Shown piece by piece: positions 33,415 to 41,296 of a DNA stretch of 41,296 nt (its first letter is position 1; each line of letters begins with the position of its first letter). The position numbers and the translations under genes are program-made. The notes under the pieces were generated by a model, which was given only the letters and a program-made list of their open reading frames with translations, made no database searches and had not been told where the DNA came from. This DNA is from Kiritimatiellia bacterium. Its GTDB lineage: Bacteria > Verrucomicrobiota > Kiritimatiellia > CAIKKV01. Where the stretch lies: the NCBI GenBank assembly GCA_964201555.1, contig CAXNFL010000002.1:1-41296 (forward strand). The letters are read 5' to 3'.

Positions 33415-35505
33415 ATGACGACATGGCGCGATTTGCTGAAACAGGTGCGCGAAAAAAACGCCTGGATCCTATCCGGTAAGGCCGCGGATTTGCGGCCCGC
33501 CTGGCGCGCTCTGGCCTACAGGGAAACGGCGGGTCAGCCCGAGCCTCTGGTTCGCGCCGCCGGCTTCCGCCGGGTGCTGGAAAGCGATGCGCTGCATTTT
33601 TACGGGGCTGAGCTCCTCTGCGGCAGTCATGCCGGCTGGTTTACCGCCACTGCGGAAGCGGGCGGATTTTCCGAAGCGGATTTTCAAACGTTGGCCGGGG
33701 AATACCAGGCCCGAGGGCAGCGGAATTTTTCGGCCGGATACGATCATACCCTGGCTGATTACCCGACGCTGCTGAGCCAGGGCGTGGGCGGCTACGTGGC
33801 GCGGGCCCGCAAGTCGCTCCAGGGCCGCACGGACGCGCGCGAGCAGGCCGCCCTCCAAGCCATGATCGTCACGCTCGAGGCTTTTTCGGGCTGGATGAAA
33901 CGCTGGGCCGAGGCGGCTGAGCGCCGCGGACTGACAGACTTGGCGGCCGTGGCCCGGAACGTGGCCTGGGAGCCGCCCCGGACTTTCCACGAGGCGGTTC
34001 AGCTGGTGGCCTTCACGCACCTGTGCTTCGAGAGCGAATCCCGCTACCACATGGCGCTGGGCCGGATCGACCAGTACCTGCTGCCCTTTTATCGGCGCGA
34101 TATCGAGGCCGCCATCCTGACGCGCGGCGAGGCGCTGGACCTGATCTGCCACCTGTGGGTCAAGCTGGCCGAGAACATGGGCGTGCAGAATATCTGCATC
34201 GGCGGGGTGACCCCCGAAGGCAAGGACGCCACGAACGAGCTGTCGTTCATCTGCCTCGAAGCCACCGGGCTGGTGAAGTCGCCCCACACGAACCTCTCCG
34301 CCCGGTTCCATGACGGAACGCCGGAAACGTTCTACAACGCCTGCTTCGAGGTGATTCGCACAGGCGTGGGGTTTCCCGCGATTTTCAACGATCATGTGCT
34401 GATCCCGGGGCTCGTGGAGATCGGGGTTCCCCTCGAGGTCGCCCGCGACCACTGCATGGTGGGCTGCATCGAAACCATGTTGCCCGGGCGGCAGCAGGCC
34501 TGGACCGATAGCCGCTACAACATGCCGATTCAACTGGTCAACGCCATGGAGAAGCTGCGCGGCCGCCAGGGCCTCACGTTCGACCAGGTGCACGAGTCCT
34601 TCCTGCAGGAAATGCGGGATTCGATCGCCAGGCACACGGAGAACGTCAACGCCTATATTGCGAAGTTCCCCGTCGATCGTTTTCCGGACCCCTTCCTTTC
34701 GGCCATGACCCGCGATTGCATCGGCCGCGCCAGGGATATCAACGATGGCGGGTCCGAGTTCAAACGCATGCACGGCATTGCCGTTATGGGGCTGGGCACC
34801 ACCTCCGATTCCCTGGCGGTGCTCAAGCACTTGGTCTTCGAGGAGAAGAAGATCGGGTTCGACGAGTTGCTGGAGGCCATGAAGGACGATTTTGCGGGCC
34901 GTGAGCCGCTGCGGCAGATGCTGATCAACCAGTCGCCGAAATACGGCAACGATGACGACCGGGTCGACGACCTGGCCGTGTTCCTGGTGGATTGGACCGC
35001 CCGCGAATGCCTGAAGCACAGGACCATCGACGGCGGCCGGTTTGTCTCGGCCATGGCCGCCAACACGAGCAATATTCCGGCCGGCAAGGAAGTGGGCGCC
35101 ACTCCGGATGGCCGCCGGGCCTTCACCCCTCTGTCCGACGCGGCCAGTCCCTATTTCGGCAGGGACATGAACGGACCCACGGCTCTCCTGAACTCGGTCG
35201 CCAAGCCCGACTATCAGCGGGTGCTGACGGGCAGCGTGATCAACATGAAGTTCGAGCCCTCGTTCTTCCAGGGAGCGGGCGGAACCAAGGTGTTCACCAC
35301 GCTGATGAAGGCGTTTGTCCAAAAACGCGTGCCGGAGCTGCAGTTCAACTTCACCGGCAACGAGTTGTTGCTGGAGGCCCAGAAAAATCCCGAGAACCAT
35401 CGCGATCTGGTGGTGCGGGTGAGCGGGTTCTCCCAGTACTTCGTTCATCTGGACAAGGAAGTTCAGGACGACGTGATCCGGCGGCGTTCGCACGCGCGGC
35501 TGTAA
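33415..35505 (+). CDS. glycyl radical enzyme (PFL superfamily), short 696-aa form, Cys-x-Glu (eliminase/dehydratase-type) active-site loop
   Basis: Glycyl radical motif DLVVRVSGFSQYFVHL near the C-terminus. Cys loop HCMVGCIETMLPG. Other GRE blocks are present: TFHEAVQLV, GRIDQYLLPFY, FPAIFND, YGNDDDRVD, PDGRRAFTPLSDAASPYFGRDMNGPTALLNS. ATG 33415 lies 6 nt after AAGGAGG. Confidence 0.85.
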   Translation: MTTWRDLLKQVREKNAWILSGKAADLRPAWRALAYRETAGQPEPLVRAAGFRRVLESDALHFYGAELLCGSHAGWFTATAEAGGFSEADFQTLAGEYQARGQRNFSAGYDHTLADYPTLLSQGVGGYVARARKSLQGRTDAREQAALQAMIVTLEAFSGWMKRWAEAAERRGLTDLAAVARNVAWEPPRTFHEAVQLVAFTHLCFESESRYHMALGRIDQYLLPFYRRDIEAAILTRGEALDLICHLWVKLAENMGVQNICIGGVTPEGKDATNELSFICLEATGLVKSPHTNLSARFHDGTPETFYNACFEVIRTGVGFPAIFNDHVLIPGLVEIGVPLEVARDHCMVGCIETMLPGRQQAWTDSRYNMPIQLVNAMEKLRGRQGLTFDQVHESFLQEMRDSIARHTENVNAYIAKFPVDRFPDPFLSAMTRDCIGRARDINDGGSEFKRMHGIAVMGLGTTSDSLAVLKHLVFEEKKIGFDELLEAMKDDFAGREPLRQMLINQSPKYGNDDDRVDDLAVFLVDWTARECLKHRTIDGGRFVSAMAANTSNIPAGKEVGATPDGRRAFTPLSDAASPYFGRDMNGPTALLNSVAKPDYQRVLTGSVINMKFEPSFFQGAGGTKVFTTLMKAFVQKRVPELQFNFTGNELLLEAQKNPENHRDLVVRVSGFSQYFVHLDKEVQDDVIRRRSHARL

Positions 35506-35522
35506 AAGAGAAGCGGCCATTC

Positions 35523-36479
35523 ATGACCCATTCCGATTTTCGGTCTGTGAAGGGACTCGTGTTCGACATCCAGCGGTTTTCGCTGTTTGACGGTCCCGGG
35601 ATCCGGACCACGGTGTTTTTCAAGGGCTGCCCGCTGCGCTGCCTCTGGTGTCACAACCCCGAGGGGATCGACCCCCAGGCCCAATTGCTGTACAGCGCGG
35701 GCCTGTGCGTGAGCTGCGGCTTGTGCGTCAAGGCCTGCCCGCGCGGAGCGCAGGCGATCGACAAGGAAGGTCGGCACACCCTGGACCGCGCCCGCTGCAA
35801 CGTGTGCGGCGCCTGCGTGGCCGCCTGTCCCACCCGTGCCCTGGAGATGGCCGGACGGTCCATGACCGCGGGAGCCGTCATGGACGAGGTGCTCAAGGAC
35901 CGGCTGTTTTATACGGAGTCGGGCGGCGGCTTGACGCTGTCGGGCGGCGAGCCCCTGCTGCAGCCCGAGTTCGCCGCCGCGCTGCTGCGGGCGGCCCGGG
36001 AGGAGGGGCTGCATACGGCGGTCGAGACGTCAGGCTGCTGTTCCTGGAGCCGGCTGGAGGCGATACTCCCGCTGACCGACCTGTTCCTGTATGATCTCAA
36101 GGAGATGGATCCGCTTCGGCATGAAACCTTCACGGGCGTGCCGTTGAAGCCGATCCTGGACACTTTGAGCCGGTTGTCTGAGGCCGGGGCGACGATCGTC
36201 CTGCGGCTGCCGTTCATTCCCGGCTGCAATGCCCGGCCCGATCATATTGCCGCCGTGGCGGAATTGGCGGCCGGGCTTACCGGGCCCCTTCGACAGGCTC
36301 AGGGCAGGCTTGCTGGAGTGGATCTGTTGCCCTATCACCGGCTGGGTGAGGGCAAGCGGGCGCGGCTGGGCCTGGCGGAAACGGCGCCGGCGGCGGATGT
36401 CCCTGAAAAAGAGACGATTGCCGGCTGGAAGAAGGCGTTTGCCGAGGCCGGCCTGCTCGTCCGCACCGCCGACGATTGA
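35523..36479 (+). CDS. glycyl-radical enzyme activating protein (radical SAM)
   Basis: FDIQRFSLFDGPGIRTTVFFKGCPLRCLWCHNPE contains the CxxxCxxC motif. Two ferredoxin-type clusters are present, CVSCGLCVKACP and CNVCGACVAACP. TLSGGEPL is also present. It begins 17 nt after the GRE stop. Confidence 0.9.
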   Translation: MTHSDFRSVKGLVFDIQRFSLFDGPGIRTTVFFKGCPLRCLWCHNPEGIDPQAQLLYSAGLCVSCGLCVKACPRGAQAIDKEGRHTLDRARCNVCGACVAACPTRALEMAGRSMTAGAVMDEVLKDRLFYTESGGGLTLSGGEPLLQPEFAAALLRAAREEGLHTAVETSGCCSWSRLEAILPLTDLFLYDLKEMDPLRHETFTGVPLKPILDTLSRLSEAGATIVLRLPFIPGCNARPDHIAAVAELAAGLTGPLRQAQGRLAGVDLLPYHRLGEGKRARLGLAETAPAADVPEKETIAGWKKAFAEAGLLVRTADD

Positions 36480-36520
36480 TGGCTGGTTCTACCTGAAGAC
36501 AATCGGCAACTGGCCGGTAG

Positions 36521-36550
36521 GGCGGCGAGTCCCTTCGCCGCCGAGGTTTT
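36521..36550 (+). terminator. hairpin plus short T-run after the activase gene
   Basis: GGCGGCGA-gtccct-TCGCCGCC followed by gaggtttt, about 40 nt after the stop. A second hairpin with the same GTCCCT loop lies at 36605-36626 (CCGTCGCG-gtccct-CGCGACGG). Confidence 0.4.
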
Positions 36551-36843
36551 GTCCCATCTCCCAGGAAAAGCCCACACGACATTTGGCTGATCGCTTTAAG
36601 GTGGCCGTCGCGGTCCCTCGCGACGGAAACAGTCTTTCCTATGGCCGAATTGTTTCCCGTGCGCGGAGCGCCCGGGCCACCTGCTTCGCATGGATATCAT
36701 GTAACCGCCTGCTCGCTTCCGGATAGCCTAAAGATGAAAATTACAGTTGCAACATGTTGTGGCGCAGTTAGTTACAAAAGTCCACCCGAGTGGACTGGGG
36801 TTTATTCCGCGTCGCATAGTGAGAAGAGGCGGCGTGGTAGCTT

Positions 36844-36927
36844 GTAGCCGCCGCTGATAAGCGGTGGACATGGCGCAGGACAGCGCCTTAGCAGGCGCGG
36901 CTACGAAGAGGGGCGCGGCTACGAAGA
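36844..36927 (+). repeat. solo REP unit plus a duplicated REP tail
   Basis: GTAGCCGCCGCTGATAAGCGGTGGACATGGCGCAGGACAGCGCCTTAGCAGGCGCGGCTAC (36844-36904) is a diverged copy of the REP at 28597. It is followed by a second GCGCGGCTACGAAGAGG. Confidence 0.75.
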
Positions 36928-37860
36928 GGCGTCGCGACTGATCACGGCGACCGTCCTTCCCAACTCCCGCACGCGCTTCAAGGAAATCACCGGCGTGCCC
37001 TGCTGCTCCACGGCGGCGGCGCCGGCGGCCACGGCGCGGGCGGCGATTTCGGGCGTCAGGGTGCGGGCGGGAAAATAATCGGCGCAGAACTGGCCCAGCA
37101 AGGTGTCGCCGGCGCCCGTCGTATCCACGCGCGGGACGTCCGGGGATGGCGCAAAGAGAAGGGTGCCCCGGCTGGCAAACCAGGCACCGGCAGCACCATC
37201 CGACAGGATCACCACTTCGTGCCGCTTCGTGAGCTCACGCAGGGAATCCTTGATGGCGGCCTCTGAATCCAATTGCCGGGCCAGAACCTGCTCCAGCTCG
37301 TGTCGGTTGGGCTTGATCACATCGGGCTGTTCAGCGAGTCCGGCCGCAAGGGCGGGGCCGGAGGTGTCGAGCACGGTGACGCAGCCGGCTTTGCGGAAGA
37401 TCCGGATCAGCCGCGCATAGGTGTCGGCCGGAAAGCGTACAGGCAGCGACCCGCTCATAATGATGGCCAGTCCCTTTTTAGCCAGTGTTTCGGCGTAGGC
37501 AATCAGGTGGCCTTCGGGGAACTCCAGATCCGGAAACCCGGGCTTGTTCAGCTTGATTTCATGGCCGATACCATCCGTGAGCATGGTGTTGATCCGTGTC
37601 TCGAAGGGCACGGCCAGGAACCGGCACGCGATGCCGGCCGGCGTTAAAGCGCCATCGAAGAAGGGCAGGTCCTTCTTGCCCAGAAGACCGCCCGCCGTCA
37701 CCGACTTGCCGTTTGCCGCGATCATTTTGGCCACGTTCACGCCCTTGCCGCCGGGCGTGCGGGTTTCTCCGGTCACGCTGCAGATGGCGCCCAGTGCGAG
37801 CGGAGGCTTCACAAGGACAGTCTGGTCGATGGCGGGATTGAGCGTGAGGGTGAAGAACAT
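36919..37860 (-). CDS. 1-phosphofructokinase / tagatose-6-phosphate kinase family (PfkB) sugar kinase
   Basis: MFFTLTLNPAIDQT..., GGKGVNVA, IKPNRHEL and DTTGAGDT are present. The start is taken at ATG 37860. The track ORF extends to 37953 through a repeat-derived HPERSRGI segment, and 37887 is an alternative start. Confidence 0.8.
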   Translation of the reverse strand: MFFTLTLNPAIDQTVLVKPPLALGAICSVTGETRTPGGKGVNVAKMIAANGKSVTAGGLLGKKDLPFFDGALTPAGIACRFLAVPFETRINTMLTDGIGHEIKLNKPGFPDLEFPEGHLIAYAETLAKKGLAIIMSGSLPVRFPADTYARLIRIFRKAGCVTVLDTSGPALAAGLAEQPDVIKPNRHELEQVLARQLDSEAAIKDSLRELTKRHEVVILSDGAAGAWFASRGTLLFAPSPDVPRVDTTGAGDTLLGQFCADYFPARTLTPEIAARAVAAGAAAVEQQGTPVISLKRVRELGRTVAVISRDASS

Positions 37861-37924
37861 GGGCAGCACTTTAGCAGGATTTTGCATCAAGGGGCAATAA
37901 ACTGTTCGGGAGGAGATCCCTCGA

Positions 37925-40900
37925 CTACGCTCGGGATGACAAAGTTTTAGCAACTATTCCGCTGATCGCCAGCACGCTCAGCACCAGGAGGAGGTTGCCG
38001 GCCTTGTGCCACGGTGAGGAGGGGAGGGAGCGGAAGGTGACCCGCAGCGCGGCGTCGGGCTGGATGACGAGCGGGCGCTGCAGCCGGATGCGGACGCCCT
38101 GCTCCGGCACGGTGATCCGGATGGAGCGCGCCACGGCCGTGGCCGCCTTCTGCTGCCCGATGATCTTGTCCGCCGCGACCGTGAGGTTGGCGCTTTCGTC
38201 GGCGGACAGGGTCTGCTCGATCTGCTTCGCGTATTCCGGCGTGAAGTTGCCCGCGTTGTAGCCCGCCGGCTGGTTCGCGGCGCCCTGCTGGGCCACATCC
38301 ACGTCGATCTGCCGCTCCTGCTGGAGCTCCGAGCGCCGCTGCACGAGGCCCACGATGGCCTGCTGCCGCACCAGGTTCTGGTACTGGATCCGGGCATCCT
38401 CGTTCAGCTCGGCCTCGCCCTGCGAGTAGTTCATGGCCACCTCCAGCGCCTGCTTGGCCTCTTTCTGGTTGCCCGTTTTGATGTAGGATTCGCCCTTGGC
38501 CATGACGCTCCGGGCCCTGCTCAGGTCCGTGCTCAGCAGCATCCGGTTCTGGGTCGAATAGATCGACTGGTTGAAGAGCACCGGCGCTTCCAGTTGCTCG
38601 GCCAGGGTGAAATCGCCGCCGAATCCGAAGTAGGTGCGGCCCGGCCGCAGGTAGAGCGTCCAGGTGACATTGTTCAGCGGCAAATCGAAGGTGGGGGCCT
38701 CCAGGCTGTTGCCGGCGGGCGCCACGCTCCCATAGGTGATCTCGACCGTGGTGGCGTCGCCCGCCAGCGCGCCTTCCAGCGGCAGGCGGTAGGCCTTGCC
38801 GCGGCGCGAGGGGCGCCCCACCTTGCCGTTCACGAAGACGGACCAGAGGCTGTCCTTCTCGCCGGGGAGCGTGACGGTCAGGTAGCGCAGGTCGCCGGCG
38901 TCCATCTCGAGCCGCGCGCGCGTCAACAGCTGGCCCTCCTCGGCCAGCACCGAGGTCAGCTCCACCTGGCGCACGGTGGCCGGCAGCACGGTGGCCGAGC
39001 CGTGGCGCCGGACGTCGAGGGTCAGGACGTAGTCGGGCGAGACCGACCGGTAGCAGAGGATGGCGTCGGAGAGGTCGCCCGCTCCGAACTCGGCCGGCAG
39101 CCCGCGCGAATCCTCGGGCTTCAGCCCCTCCGGCTCGCCCTGCGGCTTCACCTGCATGCGGCCCGACGAGGTGACCGTCACGTAGCCGCGCTGGTTTTCG
39201 GCGTCCAGCGCGCGGAAGGAGCGCACGGTGACCTGGCGGTTGGTGGGATTGAAGGGACTCTGGCAGGTCGCCCTCAGGATGACCGTCTGTTCGGCCTTGC
39301 TGGCCAGCTCCACCTGCCAGATGCCCTTTTCGGGATCGGCTTCGAACATCTTGGCGACCCCGCGGCCGGTGATGGTGAGCGGCAGGCCGGGGCGGGGCGC
39401 CTGGATGCGGAAGATCTTGCAGCCCGCGTTTTCGATGGTGTACCGGAAGGTGGCGGTCTCGCGCATCATGCCCTCGGCCAGGTCCACGCTGTGCAGCACC
39501 TCGGGCTTGAGCGTGGGCGCCAGCACCTCGGCGGAGAGGGTGACCGACCAGGCCGGCCGCAGGAGGCTGTAGGCCAGCGCCTTGCCGTCGGCCACGCCCA
39601 GGTCCCGGGGGTTGATCTCGACCACCCCGTCGCGCGAGGCCGTGGAGAGCCGCACGCCGCGTTCGCCGGTGACGACCAGACTGCCGCTATGTTTGACCGC
39701 GTTGCGCACCTCAAGGCGGGGCAGGAGAATCGTTTTCTCGATACCTTTTTCCATCCGGGAAATGACCACGTTCAGCCGCCGCGTGTCGAGCACCTGGCGC
39801 TGGAAGTGAACCACCACGCCGCGGTTGGTGGCATCCTTCAGGTCGTCCCAGTGGCTGACCTCCTGCCCGGTGAGCGTTTCCACGTCGTAGCCGGCGGGAA
39901 TGCCGAGCGTGAGCGAGAAGATGCCGGCCCGGGCCACGGTGACATCCAGCTGCGAGCTGAGCAGGATGCGCTCGTCGCCGATGGAAAGCGTCGCCGTTTC
40001 AACGGAGCGGATTTCGGGCACGACCTTGTCGGCGGTCACGGCGAGGCTCGCCCCGGGCTGCTGGTAGCGATAGGCGCGCTTCAGCGTCCGCGCGGCGGCT
40101 CCCGCCTTGGCGGGCGGCTGCGCGGCCCGCGGGAAATCCTCAATGGCCATGCCGCTGACGCCCTCCGCCTTGCCGACGGCGATCTGCACGGAATCGGGGA
40201 CGGCCAGGGCGAAGGCGCCGCGCTGGCGGGCGGCCCCGTGCACGGCGGGGGCGGCCAGGACGGCCGCGTAGGGCAGCCCTTCGCGCGGAACCTGCAGGGC
40301 GATCGACAGGTTCAGGCTGCCGCTGACGGGTTTTTCGAACAGGGCCTCGAGCTGCCGCGTATCGGAGTCGTACCGCCAGGTGCTGAGGCCCGGCGCGGTG
40401 ACGGCGGTGACGCTCATGCCGGCGGGGATGTCCATCACCACCGACTGCAGCTGGCCCTGGGCGATCTGGAGCGAGGTCAGGCAGGAGAGCTCGACCACGC
40501 CCGGCTCGAATCCGGCATAGGTCTGCACCTCGGCGAAGAAGACGGTCTGCTCGAGCTGCGTTTTGCGCGCCCGGGGCTTCCAGCGGATCTCGGCCACGGA
40601 TTCGGCCGTGGGCCGCAGCTCCACCACGGTCTCGGTGGCTGTCTCCCGGATATCCCGGCGCGCCGTTCCGCTGGTCAGGTAGACGTCGATGGGCACGGCC
40701 GGAATATGCAGCACGGCCTTGGCGAGGCGGGCCAGCGGGTGATAGAGCCGCACGCCCCAGGAGTCGGCGGCCGCGCCCTCGACGAGGGCGGGGAGGACAT
40801 AGCCGAGCCGGATTTCGTATGTTCCCTTTTTAAGGACTTTCAGGACGAGCCCCCGCGGCGTGCGCTCGATTTTCAGGTCGCTCGTGAGGGTGGGCGCGTT

Positions 40901-41296
40901 GGTGAGGACGGCGTCCGTCCCGGCGGCGAGGAAAGAGCCCGGCTCTTCGGCTTTCACCCGGTAGAAGGCTTCCACCTGGAGGCTCGGCTCCGAATGACGG
41001 TTCATGGGCGGGGCGCGGAGCGTCAGGCTGACCTCCTGCAGGATCAGGTCGGCGGGCGGCGGGGCGGGCGGGGTTGGCGCGGGCACGCGCTCGGCGGCGC
41101 GCAGGGCGGGCAGGAGGAGCACGCTGACGCCCAGCGCGAGCAGGAACCCGCGCAACGAGGCGAAGCCGGAGTCGGCCGGCATGCTCGGGGGCTCGATCAG
41201 GATGTCATCGGAAGGCCGCCGGCGGCGGCCGGCTTTCCACGCGGCTTTCAGGAGCAGGACGGCCAGGAGCAGGGGGGGTGTGGCGGAAAGCAGGAG
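37925..41296 (-). CDS. large hypothetical membrane-anchored or secreted protein (at least 1085 aa), possibly continuing beyond the window
   Basis: ORF with ATG at 41182 and a signal-peptide-like N-terminus (FLLALGVSVLLLPALRAAE). A TM helix lies near the C-terminus (LLLVLSVLAISGIVA). The frame stays open upstream to 41296 and encodes a further TM-like helix plus RRRR (LLLSATPPLLLAVLLLKAAWKAGRRRR). Confidence 0.6.
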   Translation of the reverse strand, partial: LLLSATPPLLLAVLLLKAAWKAGRRRRPSDDILIEPPSMPADSGFASLRGFLLALGVSVLLLPALRAAERVPAPTPPAPPPADLILQEVSLTLRAPPMNRHSEPSLQVEAFYRVKAEEPGSFLAAGTDAVLTNAPTLTSDLKIERTPRGLVLKVLKKGTYEIRLGYVLPALVEGAAADSWGVRLYHPLARLAKAVLHIPAVPIDVYLTSGTARRDIRETATETVVELRPTAESVAEIRWKPRARKTQLEQTVFFAEVQTYAGFEPGVVELSCLTSLQIAQGQLQSVVMDIPAGMSVTAVTAPGLSTWRYDSDTRQLEALFEKPVSGSLNLSIALQVPREGLPYAAVLAAPAVHGAARQRGAFALAVPDSVQIAVGKAEGVSGMAIEDFPRAAQPPAKAGAAARTLKRAYRYQQPGASLAVTADKVVPEIRSVETATLSIGDERILLSSQLDVTVARAGIFSLTLGIPAGYDVETLTGQEVSHWDDLKDATNRGVVVHFQRQVLDTRRLNVVISRMEKGIEKTILLPRLEVRNAVKHSGSLVVTGERGVRLSTASRDGVVEINPRDLGVADGKALAYSLLRPAWSVTLSAEVLAPTLKPEVLHSVDLAEGMMRETATFRYTIENAGCKIFRIQAPRPGLPLTITGRGVAKMFEADPEKGIWQVELASKAEQTVILRATCQSPFNPTNRQVTVRSFRALDAENQRGYVTVTSSGRMQVKPQGEPEGLKPEDSRGLPAEFGAGDLSDAILCYRSVSPDYVLTLDVRRHGSATVLPATVRQVELTSVLAEEGQLLTRARLEMDAGDLRYLTVTLPGEKDSLWSVFVNGKVGRPSRRGKAYRLPLEGALAGDATTVEITYGSVAPAGNSLEAPTFDLPLNNVTWTLYLRPGRTYFGFGGDFTLAEQLEAPVLFNQSIYSTQNRMLLSTDLSRARSVMAKGESYIKTGNQKEAKQALEVAMNYSQGEAELNEDARIQYQNLVRQQAIVGLVQRRSELQQERQIDVDVAQQGAANQPAGYNAGNFTPEYAKQIEQTLSADESANLTVAADKIIGQQKAATAVARSIRITVPEQGVRIRLQRPLVIQPDAALRVTFRSLPSSPWHKAGNLLLVLSVLAISGIVAKTLSSRA

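Noticed and set aside
36601-36630. CRISPR-repeat-like string GTCGCGGTCCCTCGCGACGGAAAC
   Set aside because: It superficially resembles the hairpin-plus-GAAAC form of a type I repeat. It occurs only once, there is no regularly spaced repeat/spacer array, and no cas genes are present in the window.
36641-36847. 68-aa + strand ORF in the GRE/kinase intergenic region
   Set aside because: It has no RBS, it spans hairpins and an AT-rich island, it ends in the REP, and its composition is not protein-like.

Overview
High-GC bacterial chromosomal window. The gene content suggests a glycan-degrading organism of the PVC type (Kiritimatiellota, Verrucomicrobiota or Lentisphaerota); this taxonomic guess is inference only. 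All calls rest on reading the translated ORFs for family motifs and reading the DNA for repeats. No database search or numeric composition analysis was possible.

Layout:
- 1-785 (-): 5' part of a secreted hypothetical gene.
- 1069-12028 (+): a 12-gene Tad/Flp pilus operon behind a near-consensus sigma-54 promoter. Order is flp, tadE-like, tadG-like, tadE-like, cpaB, cpaC, cpaF, TPR protein, unknown 474-aa secreted protein, tadB, tadC, FHA-TM protein. No prepilin peptidase (TadV/CpaA) or TadZ/CpaE is present in the operon.
- 12121-12840 (+): a small secreted protein of visibly lower GC.
- 12882-17273 (-): PL8-like lyase, SGNH esterase, dinB.
- 17328-17490: a roughly 160-nt nested palindrome in the divergent dinB / URO-D intergenic region.
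- 17602-21790 (+): translationally coupled genes for a URO-D-family protein, a ceramidase-N-like protein and a GH20 hexosaminidase.
- 21859-28585: an AraC regulator, two tandem diverged LamG/Calx-beta secreted paralogs, and a Gfo/Idh/MocA oxidoreductase.
- 28597-29527: a REP-associated tyrosine transposase (RAYT) bracketed by two nearly identical REP doublets, with a solo REP at 36844.
- 29581-32151 (-): an 856-aa secreted glycosidase-like protein.
- 32289-36479 (+): an operon of Zn-ADH, an unusually short (696 aa) glycyl radical enzyme and its activase, behind a strong sigma-70 promoter.
- 36919-37860 (-): a 1-phosphofructokinase-family kinase.
- 37925 to the window end (-): a protein of more than 1085 aa, membrane-anchored or secreted.

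The most interesting candidates are the non-canonical Tad locus (orphan 474-aa protein plus FHA-TM protein), the short GRE operon, and the REP/RAYT system.
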